In this document: in pieces, positions 56,221 to 64,000 of the stretch
Layout of the letters: each line of letters opens with the position of its first letter
Position numbering within the stretch: the first letter of the stretch is position 1
NCBI GenBank assembly: GCA_951406725.2
Contig: OX597830.1
Span: 56,792,001-56,856,000 of the forward strand
Source of the DNA: Octopus vulgaris
Taxonomy: Eukaryota
Length of the DNA: 64,000 nucleotides
Direction of reading: 5' to 3'
Program-made: the position numbers and the translations under genes
Notes under the pieces: generated by a model
Seen by the model: only the letters and a program-made list of their open reading frames with translations
Told to the model about the DNA's origin: nothing
Databases searched by the model: none

Positions 56221-56259
<39 letters not shown>

Positions 56260-56852
56260 CGATAGATTATTACGATAGAATTACAGAATTAACGATAGAA
56301 TTAACGATATATATATATATATATTAACGATAGATTATTACGATAGAATTACAGAATTAACGATAGAATTAACGATATATATATGTATATAAACGATAGA
56401 TTTTTACAGAATGTAAACAGATCTTACATTGATTTACGGGTAAATGAATTAATGTAAAAAGGGTACTTATCTGATAAAAGGTATACGTATTAAAGTAAAA
56501 ATGGTACTTATCTTATAAAAGGTATACGAAGAGGTTTTTTCAATGAAAGAAAAGAAAAACGGTTCTTTTTGCTGTTAGAGTCGACTGGAAATAAATTTAG
56601 AAGATTTCACCACGTGCTAACTTCGACAGAGGAAAATCTGGCGTGCGTTATTGAACTTAAGTGTACAAACTTGACTTGTAGCAGAATATATTGCGGTTTT
56701 TAACCAAAATATCCACGTACACGTCTATAAGTTAACAATTTCTACGTTTTTTATGAGTTTTCGCCTATTATTTCGTCGATTTATGCAAACCTTCTTGTTT
56801 TTTTTTATCACAGAGCAAAGCAACACGTGTTTACTCTACGAAGCCGGAAGTC
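51489..56852 (-). mobile_element. Near-full-length CR1-group LINE, lineage A
   Basis: ORF1 at 55494-54518; ORF2 at 54530-51565 broken by two TGA stops and a frameshift; (ATCA)n tail; upstream region shared with lineage B. The 5' boundary is inferred. Confidence 0.88.
54518..55494 (-). pseudogene. LINE ORF1: Myb/SANT-like domain plus CCCH zinc finger
   Basis: RTWKSDELALFLRGW...ITAALMSSGYKRTSAQIERKK is in frame, across one TAA at 55264, with CRFYLRGACWHGEEGAGCRFAH. An approximately 85-bp tandem duplication lies near the 3' end. Confidence 0.75.
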
Positions 56853-56857
56853 ATATA

Positions 56858-56890
<33 letters not shown>

Positions 56891-57053
56891 GGATATATAT
56901 ATATATATACATATGTATATATATATATATACATATGTATATATATATGTATATATATATATATATGCATATATATATGTATATATGTATATGTATATAT
57001 ATATATGTATATATATATATATGTATATATATGTATATATATATATATGTATA

Positions 57054-57251
<198 letters not shown>

Positions 57252-57392
57252 GTATATATATATGTATATATGTATATATATATATATGTATATATATGTA
57301 TATATATGTATATATATGTATATATATGTATATATATGTATATATATATATGTATATATATATATGTATATATATATATGTATATATATATG

Positions 57393-57441
<49 letters not shown>

Positions 57442-57479
57442 GTCAAAAATTGTGAAGCATGACTGTCAACACTACTACA

Positions 57480-57524
57480 TGAACCCGAAGATTGCAGAAT
57501 TCAATGCATGAAAGTACTAGTTCA
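57480..57524 (+). ncRNA. Minimal hammerhead-like motif (U4C variant)
   Basis: TGAAC-CCGAAGA-T-TGCA gaattcaa TGCA-T-GAAA-GTAC-TA-GTTCA. Confidence 0.62.
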
Positions 57525-57968
57525 ATCAGAATGAATATTTAACATTCTACTATTTCATTTTATTTTATTCAATTATAATATATTATCTTATAATATATCA
57601 TTATAAGATTGTAAATAAAACGTGAAAATCAGACAAGGTTGGAATTCTTTTTTATTAATATATTCTTCTATACACAATCACACACACCCATATATATATA
57701 TATATATATATATATGTGTATATATATATATGTATATATATATATGTATATATAGATATGTATATATATATATATATGTATATATATATGTATATATAGA
57801 TATGTATATATATATATATGTATATATATATGTATATATATGTATATATATGTATATATATGTATATATATGTATATATATATGTATATATATATATATG
57901 TATATATATATGTATATATATGTATATATATATGTATATATATATGTATATATATGTATATATATATG

Positions 57969-58021
<53 letters not shown>

Positions 58022-58022
58022 C

Positions 58023-58151
<129 letters not shown>

Positions 58152-58152
58152 G

Positions 58153-58259
<107 letters not shown>

Positions 58260-58312
58260 GTATATATATATATGTATATATATATATGTATATATATATG
58301 TATATATATATG

Positions 58313-58369
<57 letters not shown>

Positions 58370-58370
58370 G

Positions 58371-58405
<35 letters not shown>

Positions 58406-58485
58406 GTATATATATATGTCTATATATATATGTATATATATATGTCTATATATATATGTATATATATATATGTATATGTATATAT

Positions 58486-59504
58486 GCTCTCTGCGTGGCT
58501 GAGGGCATGTCTGAGAGGGCCATTATGAACAGTAGTGGTCCCAAAACAGTGCCCTGCGGAACACCGCTCACTATTTGCGTGTTAATGGAAGTGGCCCCAT
58601 TGGCTGCTACCACCTGATTGCTATTCTTCAGAAAGTTATGAAGCCATTCTCCCAATTTTCCAACTATGCCAAGATCAAGCAGTTTGTGACATATCATTCC
58701 ATGATCGACTTTATCAAAGGCCTTTGCAAAGTCGAGATATATCACTTCCACATTTGAGTGGTTGAGCAGTTGTTTCAGCACCTAGTCATAGTGTTGTAGG
58801 AGCTGAGTTAAGCAGCTTCTCCCTGGTCGGAAACCATGTTGGGTGTCAGGCAGCAAGTCATTTTCTTCAAGGAAGGTGATTAGTTTCCTTCTGACTATTC
58901 GTTCCATGACCTTGCTGATGTGTGAGGTGAGAGAGATAGGTCTGTAGTTCTTGGCCTCTGCTCTGCTACCTACTTTATGAATAGGGCATATTTTACCTTC
59001 CTTCAGTGTTTTTGGAAGTTTGCCAGTTGCAAGGAAGCTCTGAAAGAGGATCTGCAGTGGTCTTGCTAGGACTCTCTTACATACTTTTAGGAGGATTGCC
59101 AGGAATCCATCGGGGCCAATAGCTGAGTCTGTTTTCATTTCATCTATAGCCTTTATTACATCGTCTTCCTTTATATCGATGTAATTTATCGTCGCCGCCT
59201 CTGATTCTATATCTGCTGTGGTAAAGATGTCAGTTGGATTGGTGATTTGGAAATGCCCGAGGGGTGGAGTGAAAACACTCTTGAATTGCTCATTCAGTAT
59301 TTCACTTACCCTCATTGGTTTTCCTGTAAGTATGCCATCCTTTTCAAAGAGTGGCTCTATCCTACAGTGCACTGTAGCTGTTTCTTTGGCATACCTGTAG
59401 AAAGCTCTGGGGTTAGATTTTATGTTGCCTATAGCCCAGGCTTCTTTGTCTGCTCTTTCCTTTTCATGGGAGAGTTGCAGACATTTTTCAATTTCCAACA
59501 GTTT
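58486..59504 (-). mobile_element. Internal CR1-group LINE fragment, lineage A
   Basis: Runs from [10 protein letters not shown] to [10 protein letters not shown]; both ends abut (AT)n. Confidence 0.92.
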
Positions 59505-59659
59505 TATATATATATACACGTATATAAATGTATATATATATGTATATATATATATGTATATATATATGTATATATATAAATATACACACACGCACGTATA
59601 TATAGATACATATATATATATGCACGTATATATATATTTATATATATATGTATGTATAT

Positions 59660-60165
59660 AAAAAGGGTTTAAGGACGGCATGGATCTCGGGGTAAAGAAA
59701 CTTTTGCTTCGAATCAAGCTGGATGGTGAACTAAAGTGTGGAGTGGAGTAAAAGCATTTGAAGTGTCCAGGATAATGATTGCAAGACTCAAAAGAGATGC
59801 AAGGAATAATGTTGCAATCAAGAAGGTTAATGACCATAACCCTTCGGTGTGCATAGTTTGTGAGAGACCTTGCCTTTCCTTTGCTGGCATCAAATTTCTT
59901 TCGTGAACACATGCAAAACGAACTTCCACCAACTATTCTACCTTTATGTCTGAGAACACCTTCGAATTCAATGTATAGCAGGATGTTTGCAAATTTAACG
60001 GAGGCCTCAGGAGATATTTTAAGATCCACAAAGGTCATAAGTTATCTGCAGCTTTTGGTGGTCTAAACAAAATATACGCAATCTATGTGGGTTGTCTTTT
60101 CAGAACATTGTCTTGTTTAAAAAGCCACTTCAGATGGCAGGAAGCATAAAGAGTAGACAACCATT
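59660..60165 (+). mobile_element. Probable RTE-like LINE C-terminal fragment with C2H2-like fingers
   Basis: Manual translation: [21 protein letters not shown]...KRDAR...[15 protein letters not shown]...TH. Confidence 0.55.
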
Positions 60166-60176
60166 TCTTTTTTATT

Positions 60177-60212
<36 letters not shown>

Positions 60213-60216
<4 letters not shown>

Positions 60217-60644
60217 ATATAGAGTGCATTATTACACATATATGCCACATGCTAGGAGGGACTCATAAAGTCAAAACTACTAAAATAAATAAACATATCG
60301 TACCGAAACCAACTCTCGAAGCAAGTAATTTAAAAACAGAATTCAGCTGCATATCACACTGTGATTTCGTAATCAGTGCAGTGGTGTGCACTTTTCACTC
60401 CTCAGTGCAAGCATAATTCAGGATATATAATGAATGAACAAAAACAACATACCAGGCGAACAACTGTCGTATCCAACGCAGCATGTAGAAATTTTCACCC
60501 CTTATACATCTATGTAAATGGCGAGCTTTTTCGAATTGCATTTCGGTAACAACGTGCTTATTCGGAATAAAATCTTCATACGAATTTATCAAGTAGTTAG
60601 CATGAAATACCTCATAAGAGAAAAAATCCATCAATTTTTCCACT

Positions 60645-60705
<61 letters not shown>

Positions 60706-61098
60706 GTAAATTTAACCAGAGTATATTCAATACTGAATTTTTATTCCGAATAAGCACGTTGTTACCGAAATGCAATTCGAAAAAGCTCGCCATTTACATA
60801 GATGTACAAGGGGTGAAAATTTCTACATGCTGCGTTGGATACGACAGTTGTTCGCCTGGTATGTTGTTTTTGTTCATTCATTATAAATCCTGAATTATGC
60901 TTGCACTGAGGAGTGAAAAGTGCACACCACTGCACTGATTACGAAATCACAGTGTGATATGCAGCTGAATTCTGTTTTTAAATTACTTGCTTCGAGAGTT
61001 GGTTTCGGTACGATATGTTTATTTATTTTAGTAGTTTTGACTTTATGAGTCCCTCCTAGCATGTGGCATTTATGTGTAATAATGCACTCTATATAACA
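60213..61098. mobile_element. MITE/foldback-like element with 360-bp inverted arms
   Basis: 60213-60572 is the near-identical reverse complement of 60739-61098. A partial third arm lies at 62816-62995. Confidence 0.8.
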
Positions 61099-61124
61099 CA
61101 CACACACACACACACACACATATA

Positions 61125-61671
61125 TCTCTTATTATAAAAGGCAGATTTTATCTGCCTCCCTTTGTAACTTATAGAAATCTACAATATAGGATTTCTTCAA
61201 TTACAATTTACCTAGCATTTTTAAGAGTAGAATGCATCGGGTCATGCCAGGTCCAGTTTTTAAAATTTAAACTCCAATTAAGCAAAATTTACAGACAACT
61301 CACATTCTGGTGTGTATGTCAAATGCTTTTCTTCATGTGGTTTACACCACACGCACACGCACACACACAGTGTGCAACGAATAAAATGAAAGTGAATAGC
61401 GACAGAGTGATTTGAGGAAGACTAAACTGAAAGTATTTAAACCACTACTCAAAAAATAAAAAAACACAGCAAACAGAAACAAATAAATACATAACGATTT
61501 ACTCCTCACACAATTTCTTCAATTAGAGTTTACCTAAGATTTTTCAAAGTACTCCATTCGGTCATGCCATAATATATTTCTTTCAATGTCACCCCCAATT
61601 AAGACAAAATTCGAGAAAACTCAATATTTTAACATTTCACTCCGAAAGCATTGATGTACATGTGTGCGTGC

Positions 61672-61708
<37 letters not shown>

Positions 61709-62790
61709 ATGGGTTGTGCGACACAGAAAGTGTGGTGTGTAAGTGAAGTGCTTTTGTTAGTGTGTGTAAAGAGACAGACAGAGTGAAAGACAGAAATAAC
61801 TGAACTTTTTTTATTCACTTTTTGTAGTGAGTGACTGAGAGAGAAAAGAGAGAGAGGTTATGTATGTATATATGTATGTATGGCTTCAGTAACACACACA
61901 CACAAAAACACATACCTACGTACACCTAAAGCACGCACACACACACACACAAGTGGAGCGCGAACTTCAAAATTTTGGTAGTATTAATTTGCGAGCGTAC
62001 TTCTAAGCGCGCGTAATTGAAAGTTTTCACTATGATATCATCACGTGCGAAAAAATTCGAAGGGTTTTGAACAATTGAGATACAGATGTCACGCCTGTAT
62101 TGAAACCATTGCTAAGCTGCCGTAATTGCTTAATTAAGACTTTGTTTAAATTGAAAGGGGCAAATATGTGACGAGGTTGAAAAAAAATACCCCAGAAAAA
62201 AAAATGTACTGCTGGTATTTATATAATTCACTACTATTTTGCTACAATGTCATGAAAAAGAAAAAATTTAGGTATGTAAATCGAATTCGCCACCACCTTT
62301 TCCCCGTTCGCGTTTGTGTAAAAAAAATTATTATTTAAGTTTTAAAAATTATTTACTTTGTTCAAAAAATATTAATATTAATTAATTTTCAAGAATTATT
62401 TAATTTTATTCTGTAAAATAGTAATTAATTCATTTATCTGTAAATCCGCGAGGTTGTTACTCAGGCACCTAGAATGGTAACCTTCAACTAACACTATCTC
62501 CTCCGAGACCCTGCGGCGCAAGTTGACCAAAATTGAGAGTATGGTAGAAGGGTTGCTCTTCCTTCCGTAGAACATAAAATTCAAATCGGACCATGTTAAC
62601 ACCAAAAATTATTTACATCAAAAAGATGCTTTTTTCTATGAAAATCCCTATTTTTTACGATTTTTTCACTGCTGTGTCGCCACTTTTCGGTGTATTTCGA
62701 CCAGAAAAATGTTCACAAAATTTTTACTTTTCAAAATTACAATTCCAGCGGGTCGAAACAAACCCGAGCAACGCCGGGCGATACTGCTAG
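61125..62790 (+). mobile_element. Non-autonomous Helitron
   Basis: A|TC 5' end; 3' GC-rich hairpin CCCG-agcaacgc-CGGG, then CTAG|T; no target-site duplication; no ORF. Confidence 0.72.
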
Positions 62791-62995
62791 TATATATATA
62801 TATATTATATAGATGGCATTATTACACATAAATGCCACATGCTAGGAGGGACTCTTAAAGTCAAAACTACAAAAATAAATAAACGTATCGTACCGAAACC
62901 AACTCTCGAAGCAAGTCATTTAAAAACAGTATTCAGCTGCATATCACACTGTGATTTCGTAATCAGTGCAGTGGTATGCACTTTTCACTCCTCAG

Positions 62996-64000
62996 GGTCT
63001 TGATGGTCTAGCCTATGAATTTAATAAGAGTATTCCAGACTTCTTCAGGCACCTGCTGGCCAGCGTTTACGCCAATTGGCAGCAGAATGGAAGAATTCCC
63101 AAGTCTGCAAGCCAATGGGTGGTGACGCTGATGAGAAAGGACCCGAGCAAGGGGGATGAGATTAGTAACTTCTGGACCAAAACTCTGCTAAACACAGAGT
63201 TAAAGATTTTGGCCAAGGCATTAGCAAAAAGGTTGGCGCGGGTTATGGACAGACTTGTAGGGAGGGCGCAAACTTGTGCCATCTCGGGCAGGTCAATCCG
63301 CAACTATCTCCATCTTCTACGCTACACCTTAGAGAGGGTAAGGAACATTTTTGGCACAGGAGGGGCACTGGTACATTTAGACCAATCTAAAATGTTTGAT
63401 AGGGTCAACCATCAGTACTTGGCGGCAGTCCTCAAAAAGGCTGGCCTAGGCCCGACCATCCGTGGTTGGATTGCTGCTTTGTACAGTGACATCGAGTCTG
63501 CAGTCAAAGTAAATAGATTCTTCTCGAAACCATTCAGGATCGAATGCTCAGTTTGTCCGGGGTGTTCCCTGTCTCCGCTTTTGTATGTACTGGCTCTTGA
63601 GCAATTGCTGCAGAAGTTGGAAGCACTAGGAGGTGCACCAAATGATCTCTGGTGCAGAGGTGGAGCTACGGCATATGTGGATGATATCTCCATCATTGTG
63701 GTGTATGAGAGCCAGCTTCCAGTGGTGGAAGAGGCCATCAAAAGTTATGAAGTGATGGCAGGAACAAAGGTTAACAAGGACAAGTCGGTCGGTTTGCAAC
63801 TTGGCACTTGGAGAGGCAAGCTGATGACGTCCAATAACGTTAGAGGGTGTTGGATGGAAGGTCCTGTTAAGCTGCTTGGGTCTGGTTTGAACCAAACCGC
63901 CAGATAGAGAAAAATTCGAGTGAGGTAGCCAGTAAAGTGACTGCTATAACCCAGACCTCATCTGGGCAGGCGTTATCCTTGCTAGGGAAGGCAGAGGTAG
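62996..64000 (+). mobile_element. L1/Tx1-like LINE reverse transcriptase fragment
   Basis: LDGLAYEF, LLNTELKILAKALAKRL, LDQSKMFDRV, GCSLSPLLY, AYVDD; degenerate; runs off the window. Confidence 0.85.

Noticed and set aside
58782-60038. 418-aa ORF as a novel fusion protein
   Set aside because: It is antisense RTE-like sequence, then microsatellite, then a LINE fragment, read through by chance.

Overview
AT-rich, microsatellite-laden eukaryotic DNA. The repeat repertoire (tRNA-derived SINEs, R4/Dong, RTE, CR1-group, Tx1-like and Penelope elements) suggests an octopus or other cephalopod; this is an inference. Four GT-AG exons of a TRPM cation-channel gene (S2-S3 linker to TRP box) lie on the minus strand at 1.8-19 kb. 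I recognised no further exon from 19 to 64 kb, so that stretch is probably one very large intron. It holds a nest of retroelements embedded in (AT)n: two near-full-length CR1-group LINEs whose ORF1 combines a Myb/SANT-like domain with a CCCH zinc finger, nine further fragments, two Penelope-like elements, an inverted-repeat element and a non-autonomous Helitron. The most notable signal, read by eye, is a set of about nine hammerhead-ribozyme-like motifs. They include U3-A8 core variants, a 352-bp 1.6-mer resembling a retrozyme, and a candidate non-circularly permuted hammerhead at 19841-19903. No alignment, folding or database search was run. The long (YI)n ORFs are microsatellite artefacts.
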